Below, one piece after another: positions 44,153-57,476 of a stretch of 64,000 nucleotides of DNA. The translations under genes and the position numbers were made by a program. Each line of letters begins with the position of its first letter. The first letter of the stretch is position 1. This DNA is from the human T2T-CHM13v2.0 reference genome, Homo sapiens. The stretch lies in NCBI RefSeq assembly GCF_009914755.1, contig NC_060936.1, one strand, 5' to 3'. Under the pieces are notes generated by a model. It was not told the origin of the DNA. It worked only from the letters and a program-made list of their open reading frames with translations, and ran no database searches.

Positions 44153-47149
44153 ATTGTTAAAGTACTAGTTGCTCTATTTCTTTAAGTGAACTGACCAGCA
44201 TCATCTCTCTCTTTATTCTCACCACAAGGAGTAATAGAAATTTTGCCAAATCCTAAATATTCTTAAAATGATCCACAACAGGATGGTGTTACCTATAAAG
44301 AGCTTAGCCTCAAACAATGAAGAGTAAGAATATTTTTCTAATTAACTTTATTTTTTAAGTATAAAACTAGTACCTTCTAATTATGGAAAAATTTGTAGAA
44401 TACAAATAAATAAATAAATGTTATAGCACATTTGCCACTTAGAGTTAATCACGATCAACATTTGGTTCACTTCATTCCAATCTCCCCACTGCCCAGTATA
44501 CATAAAATGATGCAGAGCCATTAAGATGATGTCCATGAAAAATCGTGGAAGCCATGGGAAATTGCTCAGAAAATAAAAAAAATTACATGATACAGAACTA
44601 TGTGAACAAGTTCCAGAGTATCTTTAATACTTACTGAACATTAAACAGCAGCAGCTCTTTATTTACACACAATCAGCGGGGTCGTTTTTACTAGGTATTC
44701 TCCTCTTCTTTATTTGTTTGCACATCTAGACTAGATGATTCTTTATGGGTCCCAATGCCTGGATTTGGTTTTTAAAACAGTTTAAATTGGGGGTAGAATA
44801 TGCTATGTGGCTAGAGAAAAAATATCATCTCAAAATTATTATATAAATAAAGGAAATTAACTGATAGCATGGGTATTTCTTTGCTTTAGAAGGCCTGGGA
44901 TTTACATAGAGAGGTTCAAAACGTGTACAGAGTAGAAACGGCAGGTGTTGAAAAGTGAGTTTTGAATTTACATCGCCTGTTTCAAGCAATAGCATTTCAC
45001 CACAGGTTGCCTTATGAACTTTTATTTGATGACAGGAGATGTTCCAAAACAAGTTCTAACTTCTCAAATGATGGAGATGTTAATAAGAAATTTATCACAG
45101 TTCTAGTCATCCTTGTTTGCTCATGGGTGCCTCTGGGTAACATCTACAATGGCTAGTTACAATTCCCCATTTATTTGGCCTTAGGATTTAGGTATCATAT
45201 AGAGCTGATCTTTTCTTTCAGAGTTCTAATTTAATCCTGATATTTATCTTAATAAAATTAGCCCTGGTGTTTCTCCATTTATATCAAGACTGGTTCTTTC
45301 ATGGTGATTCTCCAGTCTGAACTGAAAATATTATAGGCCCAGTCTGGGGCTCTGTAAAATATGTATTTATGGTTCTTCAGATCTCTAGGTGAAAAATCAT
45401 CATGACTTGAGGATATTATTGTTATAGAATGGTGGATTTTCTGCAGAGAGGTTTCATCACAACACAAAGATATGAACTTCATTGTGGGAAATACTTTGAT
45501 GAGTTCAAAAGAGTAACTCAGGATGAATGCTGCTGTCTGGTCAGTGTGTCCTGGAATGGCACGTCAGCTTAGGTTGCCTTTTGAGTGTGAATGTTAGTGA
45601 TAATCAAAGCAAATTTCCTACAGCAGCTGAGTTCCTGCATTGCTTTCAGCTTTGTGATGGGAGGACTATATTACAGTCATAGGATGGATACCACTTGGTT
45701 TCAGGTGTCAAAGCCATAACTCATGACCCATAAAGAAGACTGATTCTACATTAAAATGTGGAATTAATTACGTGAAATAGGAGCTCACCAAAATGAGTAT
45801 TCATTGTGAACCCAGGTATTTGAGGGAAGGCTTTATGGTTGAGGTAGAGACTGAACTGGGCTTGGAAGAAAAAGCAGATTTGGAAAAGGCAGAAAGAAGA
45901 GCAAAGAAAATCTTACTGGACAGATGGGCAGGGAAGGGTGTGTTTGATTTTGGAGGATATAATTCCCAAAGGAATTTGGATTTGATATTGTAACTCTAGG
46001 ATGTTAACTAGGTATCAATTTGCATGTCAACTCTGTTTGAGCAGTAGTGGTTGTTAGGTGATGGCTGTGCTGAGAAAGATTCTAAGCCTGGTCAAAGGCT
46101 AAAGGACCTGGATCCTAGATTAGTAATATCTGCCAAGGGGAAGGAGGGACAGGTTTGGCATAACTGCTACATAATTGTCTAGGATGCAGTAGAAAACACA
46201 GCAGAGGATTTTTTAAATAGCCAAGACACCTTGAAATATAAAACCTTCAGCAAACATTTTGTATTTCAACTGTAGAAAACAAAGATATGAACAATATTTG
46301 TCAGTAGAAATATTGTTTAACATGACACAATGAAGTTCAAATCACTATTTCTTCAGTTGATATAGGGAACTTAGTTTTGAAACATTTTTTCTGGGGAATA
46401 ACTTGTTGGACACTTCTAAAATAAATTGAATTCATCAGGCAGGAAGAAAGTAATTTTTTCCAAAATTTATTAATGTTAAGATTTTATTTTGCCTATAAAT
46501 TTAAAATGCTAAGTATTAAGTATTATTTCAGCCTCTTTAGTCGAGTGATCACTTGGGAGAAGATGCTCTTCATTTTTCCAAATAATTAATTTATTGTAAT
46601 TTCTAATTGTTCATTGTGGTATTTTGAAAGTTAGTTGATTTTTACATATTGAAATTGTATCCTGTGTCATTGCTAAGCTCACTCATGAGTTCTAGTAGCT
46701 TTTTTTTTTCGAATCTTGAATCCTTTGGGATTTTATACAAAGACAATCATGTTTTCTGCAAATAGACATGAGACAGTTTTATTTCTTGTTTTCCAATCTG
46801 TATGACTTTTAGCCATTTTTCTTGCCTTATTGCACTGCCTAGCACCTCCAGTATGATGTTGAATAGAAGCAGCAGAAGTGGATATGCTTGTCTTTTTTGT
46901 AATTGTTGAGGAAAAGCGTTGAGTCTTTTCCCACTAAGTATGATGTCAGATATATCTCTACTCATTTTATGTTTACTTGTTCTATTGATCACTGAGAAAG
47001 GATTGTTGAAATCTTTAACTATAATTATGGATTATCTATTTTTTTCTTGCATTTTTAACAGGTTTTTCTTGATGTGTTTTGAAGCATTGTCGTTAGGTGT
47101 ATTTCCATTTAGGATCGTTATGATGTTTTGTGAATTGATCCCTTTATCA

Positions 47150-47473
<324 letters not shown>

Positions 47474-48714
47474 CTATGTATGTATTCTTACTTAAAATGG
47501 ATCTAATAATAGGATCTTGCTTTCTTATCCAATCTATTTCTTTGAATAGCTGTATCTAGATAATTTACATTTAATTTTATAATTATTGATATGGTTGGAT
47601 AAAAATATCTATCATATTGCTAGATATTTTCTTCTTGTTCTGTATTTTTTTGTATCATTTTTATTTTCTGCACCTTTAAAAATTATTTTTATAATTACGT
47701 TTTATCTCCATTATTGGCTTGTGTTTTATACCACTTAAAAATTTGTATTGATTTTCTTAGGTTTTATAAAAATATGTATCTTTAGTCACAGCTTGCCTTC
47801 AAATAATATTATATTACTTCATGTGAAGTGTAAGAATCTTATAGCAATGTACTCTCAATTCCTGCTGCTCCCAATACTTAGAGCTGTTGTTGTCATGCAT
47901 TTTACTTTTATGTCTGCAATAAACACATACAACACTGATTCCATTATTGCTTTAGATGGTCAGTTATCTTTTAGAGTAAGTAAAAACTGGGGAAAAAGAA
48001 CCATATATTTTCCTGTATTTGTTTTCCATAGCACTGTACTTCTTTATATAGATCCATGATTCTGCCTGGTATCATTCTTTTTTCTGCTTAAAAATTTTTC
48101 TTAATTTTTTTTTCTGTAGGAAATAAATCCTCTCAGTTTTTGTTTGTCTCAGAAAATTTTTCTCCTTCACTTTTGAAAGTTATTTTCACTGGATATAGAT
48201 TTTGGATTGGCAGTTAATTTGTAATTAGCACCTTAAAATTGTTATTCTATGGTTTTTTGACTTGCATAGCTTCTGATAAGAAGTCTGCTATAATTCTTAC
48301 TTTTGTTTTCTCTGACTGTCCTCAGGAATTTCTCTTTATCTTTGGTTTTCAGTGGTTTGAATATAATATATCTAGGCATTTAAAAATATTTCTTTTGCTT
48401 GATGTCCTCTCAGCTTCTTATATCTATGCTTGATATCTTTAATTGGGAAATTCTGGATCATAATTTCTTACATTATTATTACTTAATACTCAATGCTTGT
48501 TATCTTGCTTACTATTTCTTCCAGCGTTTTTTTTTTCTGTATCACTCTATCTCTTCTCCTTCTGAGACACCAATTACATAAATTTTAGACTTTTTAATAT
48601 TGTACCACAACTCTTGGGTTCTCTATTTTGTTTTTTTGTTTGTTTTTACTTTTTTTTTTAATCTTTGTGCTCCAGTTTGAGTAATTTTTATTGACCTATC
48701 TTCAAGTTCATTGA

Positions 48715-48936
48715 TTTTTTTTTTTTTTTTTTTTTTGACAGAGTCTTGCTCTATCACCCAGGGTGGAGTGCAGTGGCATGATCTCGACTCACAGCAACCT
48801 CTGCCTCCCAGGCTCAAGTGATTCTTGTGCCTCAGCCTCCAAAGTGGTTGAGACTACAGGCATGCACCACCATGCCTGACTAATTTTTGTGTTTTTTAGT
48901 AGAGAGGAGGTTTCACCATGTTGGCCAGCTGGTCTC
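48715..48936 (-). mobile_element. 5'-truncated Alu
   Basis: T-tail plus right arm and part of left arm; TSD TCA(T/C)TGATT. Confidence 0.92.
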
Positions 48937-50002
48937 TCACTGATTCTTTTCTCAGCTGCCTCAATTATACTTATCAACTCTGCAAGGGCATATTCATTTT
49001 GTTACCGTATTTTTTATTTGTGACATTTATATTTGATTCGGTTTCATAGTTTTCAGCTTTCTGCTGAAATTTCCTAATTGTTTATGAACATTGTCTGCTT
49101 TTTTTCACTAAAGTCTTTACTACGTTAATCATATTTTAAATTCTTTAATAATTGCAAGATTGAGGTTATATCTGAGTCTAGTTCTGTTAATTGCTTTGTG
49201 TTTTGAAAAGGTGTTATGCTTTCTTGTCTTATTGTATGTTGTGTATTTTATCTGAAGGTTGGACATTTTATGTAGAACAAGAGAGACTGAGACTAATATT
49301 GTTTACGTTTGTAAATGTCCACCTTTTCTTTTGCTAGGTTTTAGAATAAAGATGTGAGGGAAATTGAGTCAATCTAATCAGGAGTGGAGCCGGGTGTGGT
49401 TTTGTTGCAATTGTGAACCTCAGCATGCCACAGCCTTGAAATTCCTTGTCCTTAGATTAGTGGCTGGTTTGTTGGAGAATTTTATTAATATCTGTTCCAC
49501 CTTCAGCTTTAGGCTTTCCCTGCATGCCTGTGCCTCAGACTGGGTCCCTTTCCAAGCTTTTGGGCCTCTCCCAGCAATAGACTGCTATTACTTATTGTGC
49601 AGTGCTTGCTGTCTTGGTTGTACTATGTGGGGTGCAGGACACTTAGGCTTTGTTATACTAGTTCAGCCTCAATTATAGGAAAGTACTTATGTTCCTGAGG
49701 ATGAGACATTTTCAATGATTGTTTCACTCTCCCAGGTGTAGGAGAGCACTAATCATCTGAGTTTAGGATGACTTCTTGCCTTTCCTGGAAGAGCAAAAGA
49801 ATTTTATCTATTCTCTTTCTCTAGCTGCAATAGATCTTGGCTTTTTGCCCAATATTTAGTGGGTTTGCTGAATCTTCCCTCAGCGGTGTAAGGCTTTTGT
49901 TGCCTAAGAAAGATGGAGAGAAGAATCCAGGTGGAGTTTTGTAATTTTGCTCGAGTGGATAATATTTTCCTCCCTCAGCTGACTTTATAAGAAAGGCTTC
50001 TT

Positions 50003-50096
50003 ACCTGTAGTCCCAGCTACTTGAGAAGCTGAGGTGGAAGGAATACCTGAGCCCAGGAGGTCAAGACTGCAGTGACCATGCCTCAAAAAAAAAAAG
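50003..50096 (+). mobile_element. Internally deleted Alu right-arm fragment
   Basis: CCTGTAGTCCCAGCTAC...TGCAGTGACCATGCCTCA(n). Confidence 0.85.
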
Positions 50097-50669
50097 TCTT
50101 CCTCCTAACTCTTTAGTTGCCCCACATCTCTCTTGTTAGTAAGTAAGGTCCATAGAGGAGCTCCTGTGAGTGGGTGCAAATTCTCTTTGTGTTTGTGATC
50201 CCCAAGGTTTCTATTCTCTCAAATTAGGTAACACTTGGCTTTTAGCAATTTGCTTAAAATTTTGGTTGTTTTCTTCTCATCTTATATACTGTCCAGTGTA
50301 TTCTCTAGCTAAGTAAGGACTTATACTCTTTATCTCCTGTCTTTCTTTAGATTTTGTGTTTGTTTGTTGCCCTGAGATTGTAAATGTCTGGCAAAAGTTA
50401 TGAATTTGTAGATTATTTTACTTTTTTTGTAGAAAGAGTGAGAGCAGCACTCTTTCCAGATTTCTAAATTCAAAAGAGAAATCTAAATTCAGTTTATTTT
50501 GAATTATTATTATATAAGACAAATCTCTTATCACTGATTTAATCATGATATCATATACAATATGTTTATTTTTATGTCATATACAATGTGATACAATATC
50601 ATATACAATAAGTGATACAATATACAATAAATATATAATACATATAATTAGAGATACTTGAACATGCAT

Positions 50670-50865
50670 TATAAATATTATAAGTTTTGGAATCAGATAG
50701 ACCTGGGTTTGAATCTTAGACCTGCCATATTCTTGCTATGTGACTTTGGAAATATATTTTTTTGTCTGAATCTCCAATTCTCTCATCTGTAAAATGGAAA
50801 GAGAAGTACCTATGCAATACAGTTCTCTTTAGGATAGTATAGAACATGTAACAGGTGCCTATTAA
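50670..50865 (+). mobile_element. MIR
   Basis: GACCTGGGTTTGAATC...CTCATCTGTAAAATGG. Confidence 0.7.
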
Positions 50866-52482
50866 TGTTTTCTTGGTCAAAGATTACTTGGTTACAAAAA
50901 TAAAAACTTCTTGTTCAGCATTGAATAAAGGCAGTTTATTGCAACAACTAAACGATTAGGCCTCTCCTAGAAGGGTGGAGAGAAGAGGTATTTCAATTGT
51001 AATACATGGACTTTTACTTTTGTGCTCTGCCATTAATGTGACTTAACCACCAATTGGCTTAGTCACCATATTTCTTTAAATTTTAAGAGTGGACATCTGC
51101 TTCATTCAGCTTAACCTAGCACTGGTTTCTTTTGGATTGTTGATTATCTCTGGGCTCATAGTTGTGGCTAGGGAGAAGGAGGCAGGTGATATGGTTCAAA
51201 CAAGGTTCTGGAGACTTTGGGCAGAAGAAGCTTATTTGGAAGAAGCTATGAACAGCTGGACAATGACTGCTGTCTCCAGTTCAAGACTAATTTTTTTTAC
51301 TCTTCCTTTTCAAATAATCTTTGCTTAGGATGAAACAGCAGATTATTTAACATCTATGAAAATTATTAAATTAATTTTATAATTCAGCCTGAACTTCACA
51401 AATTAACATGGATCCTTTTCTATGTACATAATACCTACATTTGACACAAATATGGCCACCTTTCCCTAAACCATTACATTTTTACACCCCCAATACATCC
51501 TATAATAATAGAAAGGAAGCCATCTTTGATTAATCTCAATGGACCAGGCTCACTTCTTGACTGGTAAATGCTTCAGGTGGATGAGTAGACAGACTGTTGT
51601 GTTTGAATACCAGCTCAGCCATTGACTAGCTATAAGATGTAAATTACTTATCTTCTCAGTTTCTTCTTTTCTAAACTGAGAATAACAATAATAACACTTG
51701 CCTCACAAAGTCATTGGGGGATTAAATCGGATGACACATATGGAGTACTTAACACATTGCTCAATAAGTTATAGGTACATAATAAATATATTTTTGTTCT
51801 TATGGTAGTGGCATGCCTCACCAGAGATTACATTTGAGTTTTTCCTCATGAAAGGGGATAGAATAGTGGAAAAACCAAAGACAGTTCTTCTGCCCACCCC
51901 TCAACCCATAAGAGTGGGCATCGTATGTTTAGGGGAGCATATTTAGGGAAGACTTCGTTAGAGAGTAATCACCTTTGAGTCACAGAAGGCAGCTCCTTTA
52001 TGAAGTCTCCCTCGTTGGAACAAGGGAGTGATCTGTCAGAATTATTGAGAAACCACATTTTCCAAAGAAAAGAGATGCAATCACATCTTTCATGTGCCAT
52101 GAACTTGTGATTTTAAAAAATCGTCTAGACTGCTACATGGATCTCCTGTAGGAAGCAAAAGGGGCAGTATTTAGGGTCTTTGAAGGGGTAACCATCTGAT
52201 CCACACCTAATCAAGCACTGTGAATGCTGGCCATTACTCTGTGAGAGGGTAGGGAGTGACCCCTAATGAGCTGATAAGGCAAAACTGCAACCCTGGGGAC
52301 TCAAGTGTAGGACATTCTTTGCCAACCTTAGCTCTGAAGAAGTAGGGTGGTTCTACTCTAAAGAACTGAGGTGTCCTGCATGTTAATAGCTGGTGGCATT
52401 TCATTGTAGAGTGGGCAGCTTCATCTGTCAGACTTCGGAGGACAAGTTTTCAACAATAACACCATGTGGCAGATGGAAGCAA

Positions 52483-52695
52483 CATGTTAATAGCTGACAT
52501 CTATTGTGCATTTACTACATACTGCACAATTCTAATCTGTTTTCATGAATTGACTCATTTAATTCTCATTACATATTTTATAGGTGAGGTAACTGAAGCC
52601 AAAAGAGGTAGTAAATTACCCAATTGAAAAAGTGACAGAACCAGAATTCAAACCCAGGCAGTCTCTCTGGAGACTCTGTGACTAGCCACTATATA
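52483..52695 (-). mobile_element. MIR
   Basis: TTTTATAGGTGAGGTAACTGAAG...ATTCAAACCCAGGCAGTCT. Confidence 0.7.
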
Positions 52696-54033
52696 TGATG
52701 TGGACATAAATGATCTTTCCAATAGGCAGGAGAAGGCAGACAAATCTCCTGTTGCACTGCATGTATCTGCAGGAATTCGGATGATTCAGAGGGAGAATGA
52801 GAGCCCCATGAGAAAGATTTCTTGCTTTTGCATAAAATGTGACCATATTAATAATATTATTATTGTAGTCTCTAGGTAATTTTCTACATATGATTTTCCA
52901 ATTAGATGTTAACCTCCTTGAGGAAATAGACTGTTGCTAATTTGTTTTGTAAACCATATTTTCTTTATAATACTCTGAAGAGCATTCTCCTTATAGGAGA
53001 TAATTGGCAAGGTTTCTGTGACAGAAAGATAAGACTAGGCCTAAAAATTAGATTTAGGCAAATTGAACGTGGAATAATACCTAAGAACTCATGATGTATT
53101 TAGGTTTCTGGTGACTGAAGCCTTCGGTTTCACTATTGCTAGGAAATCATTTATAAAGAAAATTCTGAAACCATGGTTTACAAGTTACCCTCCTGAGAAG
53201 CACCTTAAGTGAGTAGTTTGAGTGGCACACATTCAACCTCCTTTTGTGGGTAGAAGTGACCCAACGTAAGATGACAGTGACTATTTGTCAATACAAATCT
53301 TTTCAAAATATAGGTCAACAGGAGAAAGAACATTCATTTTCATGTTACCTGGGTTCTTCTATCTCTTGGGAACATGTCTGTTGATGTGGAGCTTGACACC
53401 AATGCCATCTGAATTAGTCCCTGCTAAAATTTTCAGGAAAAAAGCCTATTATCCTTGCATTTTTTGTGTACTGAGAGGTAATTATTTAACTATCAATATA
53501 TCCAGAGCACTGTAGTATTTTATAAGCAGTCTCAAAACAGTGACGACCAAAAATCAAAGCATGATCATTTTCCTCAAGATATAACAGAAATAAAAAATGA
53601 CACTTTTTTACCCAGCAATAAACTCTTTTAAAGAAAAAGTTAGGAAGGAATGATGGTATCTTACTATAGATTCTTAGAGAAAGCAGCAAATGTCACTGCA
53701 CCACAAAAGAGAAATTCATTGGCACTTTTAACAGTACCTTATTATTTTCTCATTATAAAAATTATACTTTATTGTTTGAAAGTATAAATTGTTCATATTT
53801 GCATATAAGTGAAAAAATGAAACTACCTGTAACCTCACTATGCAACAATAACCACTGTGAATATATTATTTCAGGGTTTTCTTTATTCATCTAGATTGAG
53901 ATGTAGATCTACATTAATATCTACATAACCTTTCCCACCTCGCTCTCTCTCTAGATCACAAAAGTGACATCACACTGGAGATATTTTGTTGTGTGTTTTC
54001 TTCTACCTAGGCTAGAAATTGAAACATTCTCCA

Positions 54034-56295
54034 TTGTGGCAGAAATGGCTGGTTGAGTTACAAAGACATGAGCTCCCCTTCCACAGTGGGGAGCTGTTGC
54101 TGAGAAGCAGTTGCCCAGCCAAGAACTGCATCTTCCAGCCCCTATGCAGCTATGTAGGCAGGATGTTACCACTTTTGGTAAAGTGTAATAGGAACTGAAG
54201 TGACGTGCCACTTCTGGGCCAAGGAGATTAAGTATGTGCTTAACTATGTGCTTCCCCCATACTTTCATTCATTTCATTCATTTCCAATTTAACTCGGAGG
54301 CCACTCTTGTACTTTTCCATTGCCATGAGAAAACATGACATCTGGATAACCTGCTGGTCCCAGGAGGAGAACAAAAGACACATGGAGCAGAGCCACCCCA
54401 GCCTCCCCATGATGTGAAGCTGTACACTGAAGCAGAGCTACCCCAATTGGCCTGCAAACTTGCGATTAAGATATAAATGATTATTGTTGTATTGCATTAA
54501 GTGTGCAAGCTAATGTACGCAAAGTACATGTAATTGAGTATGGAAAGACAGATGTGTCTCAGAAAGAATTGTGCCTGCTTTATTTCTCTTAGCATTTTGT
54601 CCTCTAGGGATGTCCATATTGTCAAAAATGGCAGGAATTCCTTCTACTTAAAGGCTGAATGATATTCTGTTTTCTTTATTATTCATACATTGATGAATAC
54701 TTCAATTGTTTTTATGTCTTGGCTATTGTGAATAATACTATAATCAACAAAGAAGGGCAAATATCTTTACAAAGTGATCTCATTTATTTTTTTGAGTGGG
54801 GTGGGTATTGATCCAGAATAGAAAGAAAAATACTCCATGATCTCACTTACATGTGGAATCTAAAGAGAAAGAAACTAAATACATAGAAACAGAGAGTAGA
54901 ATGGTAGTTACCAGGGGCAGGGGGTGGAGGAAATGGGAAATTGTAGGTGCAAAGCTGCAATTATAAAGATTGAATAAATCTAGAAATCTAATAGTAGCAT
55001 GAGGACTGTAGTTAATAATATTGTACTATACACTGGAAATTTGTCACAGGGTAGATTTTAGATACTCTTAGCACCAGAAAAGAAAAAAGTAACTATATGA
55101 GATGATGGATATGCTAATTTCCTTGACTATAGTAATAACTTTACTGTATATGTCAAAACATCATGTTGTACACCTTAAATGTATACAATAAAAATTATGC
55201 ATGTGGTTTTTTTTACAAAGAGCCTTTATTATAATCAAATACATGGAAAGCCTCCAGAGTTTATGAGAAAATGGTATTGGCAAAACAACCCCAGCCTAGA
55301 CTAAAACAAATTGATACTTTATGAGGTAATAAAATAACTCCTTAAGATTCTGTAGGTAGAAAACAGGCTAAGAAAGCTATTCAGGATTCAAGAGTGGTGA
55401 ATTCTCTACTGCTCTTTTCAGAAGTGACCAAGGAAGAGAATGTAAAAGGAAAGCTCTTCACCTGTACCCACGAAGGGCTTTGTCAACACCTTTGGAAAAC
55501 AATGCACTAGGCAAGAGACTCCCAGGGATCAGATCTTGGGTCAAATCAAAGAACATATTTTTCCCTCAGAATAAAATGGCAACATATTGACAATGGGCTT
55601 TCAGAATCGCTAAGGACCAGTGAGCAATTGCCATGCGCCTCTCATTCTTTCCTTTTTCAAGTGCGAGTGTTTATTGTGGGTATCTCGTCCCAGTTCCACT
55701 GTTGTATATTGAATGCAATGAGGGACGGTAACTTATCTGTTTAGATCATGGGTCTCTGGATCACACAGGGAGCACAACAGGATTTTATGTTGGCCATGAG
55801 ATCTTGAACTCTGAACCAAATGTTATCAATGGACAAGACACTTTTGGAGACTTGAGATGGGGGTGAGTATATTTTGCACAGGAAAAGAATATAAATATTT
55901 ATAAACAATATAGAGAACTGTGATATATTAGACAGTTGCTTAGAAATATTTACTTCCTTCCTTCACCCTGACCCTTCTCATCATTTCACCCTGGCCACAT
56001 GACTTGGCCCTGGCCATATGACTTGCTTTGGCAAATGGTACATTGCCAGGCTTGGTTCAAGCAAATGCTTGAAATATGCTTGAGTTATAAGTCTTACCTT
56101 TTTGTGCTTCTGTCTTTGTCATGAGATGTACAAACCCCTGGCAATCCACTGGTCTCAGGTGAAAGGTAAGGGACACATAGAGAAAAACCACCCCAGTGAC
56201 TGCCACCTGAAACAAAGCTACACAGATCACCCACAAAATTGTGAACAAGAAATAAATCTTTTGTATTCACATGAGTTTGAAGTTGTTCCATGACA
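54034..56295 (+). mobile_element. MLT1 LTR pieces, MLT1 internal region and 3' LTR (degraded MaLR provirus), interrupted by an L1MA
   Basis: Related LTR 3' halves at ~54290-54530 and ~56100-56290; internal-type sequence at ~55230-55918. Confidence 0.5.
54570..55194 (+). mobile_element. L1MA (MA8/9-like) with 5' inversion
   Basis: 54570-54818 antisense, 54820-55194 sense 3' UTR ending AATAAAAA. Confidence 0.85.
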
Positions 56296-56304
56296 TACCT
56301 ATGT

Positions 56305-56625
56305 GGCTTTGTCCCTCACCCATTTCATGTTTCTGCTAAAATGTTACCTTCTTAGTGACTGACTCATCCTATTTAAAATAACAACCTTCACTCAGGCCAA
56401 CACATTGCATCCGTCTTCTCTGCTATATTTTTCTCCATAGCGCTTACCACCTTCTAATATACTATACAGCTTATTCATTTTGGGGGTTTATGGTCTGTTC
56501 TCACCATCTAAAATATAAGTTCCATTTGGTTAGAAATTCATGTCTGTTTTCTTTACTGTTGTATCCGCAACACCTAGCACATTGCCTGGCACATAGTAAG
56601 TGCTAAATTTTTGCTAAATGAATAG
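56305..56625 (+). mobile_element. L2 3' fragment
   Basis: CCTAGCACATTGCCTGGCACATAGTAAGTGCT. Confidence 0.75.
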
Positions 56626-57476
56626 ACTAATCAGTGTAAACATGGAAAAAAATACCAGAAAGAAGTATAGAAAATATCAGTGATGGATATCTCCAGTTTC
56701 TATGAATGTGGGTGATTTCCACTTTCTTTATATTTTCTATAGTTCCTAAATAATGTACAACATATATGACTTGTTTAATGAAAACAAAACAACTTTAAAA
56801 AATTATTTCAGGTAGGCATAGAAATCTCAGAGAGTTTTTTCTGTTTATTTTAATATTATTGGGATTGTCCATTTCTTAGTAGGCAGAATTTGTGTCCTAG
56901 TATATCTTGTGGCATAAGGATATGTGGGCAGGGGAGAGTCAAAACAGAAGACAAGTGGGCCAAGGAGAGGAATTTGAGAAGCTGAGAGTTGAGAATGGAG
57001 ACTGGGTATGGGAATCACATCCTAGAAATCAGTTCCATACGTCTCTGCACAAATCTGGGCAAATTTTATTTTTCATCCTGTCTCAAGCTAAAGTGTTGCC
57101 AAGGACTCTCATTTCTCACTATTCTTGAGCTTTAAGATGAGTTCAACTTTTACTACTTCTTTAGACATTTTAATGATTTATTTTACTGCACCTGTAGATT
57201 TATGATGAAACCACAATAAGGAATCTAATTAATAAGCCCCTAGTTAAAAAAATGTTGCTGTCCTATTTCATAGGGTACTGGTCAGGATACTGAAACAGCA
57301 GCAGTAACAATTGTAGCCAGAATAATACTAGTAAGACATCAGGTATTTGCCAAATTATTAAACTCCAGTTAGAGGAGCTGGAGTCATTTCAGAAGTTGCT
57401 TCTTGTGGACTGAATGATAGCTTTAAGTCTGAGATGACCATCACAAGTTGTAACAGGACTATGGATGAAAGTAGCA

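Noticed and set aside
50540-50650. Repeated TACAAT/ATCATA units
   Set aside because: Low-complexity AT-rich slippage with no regular spacer structure
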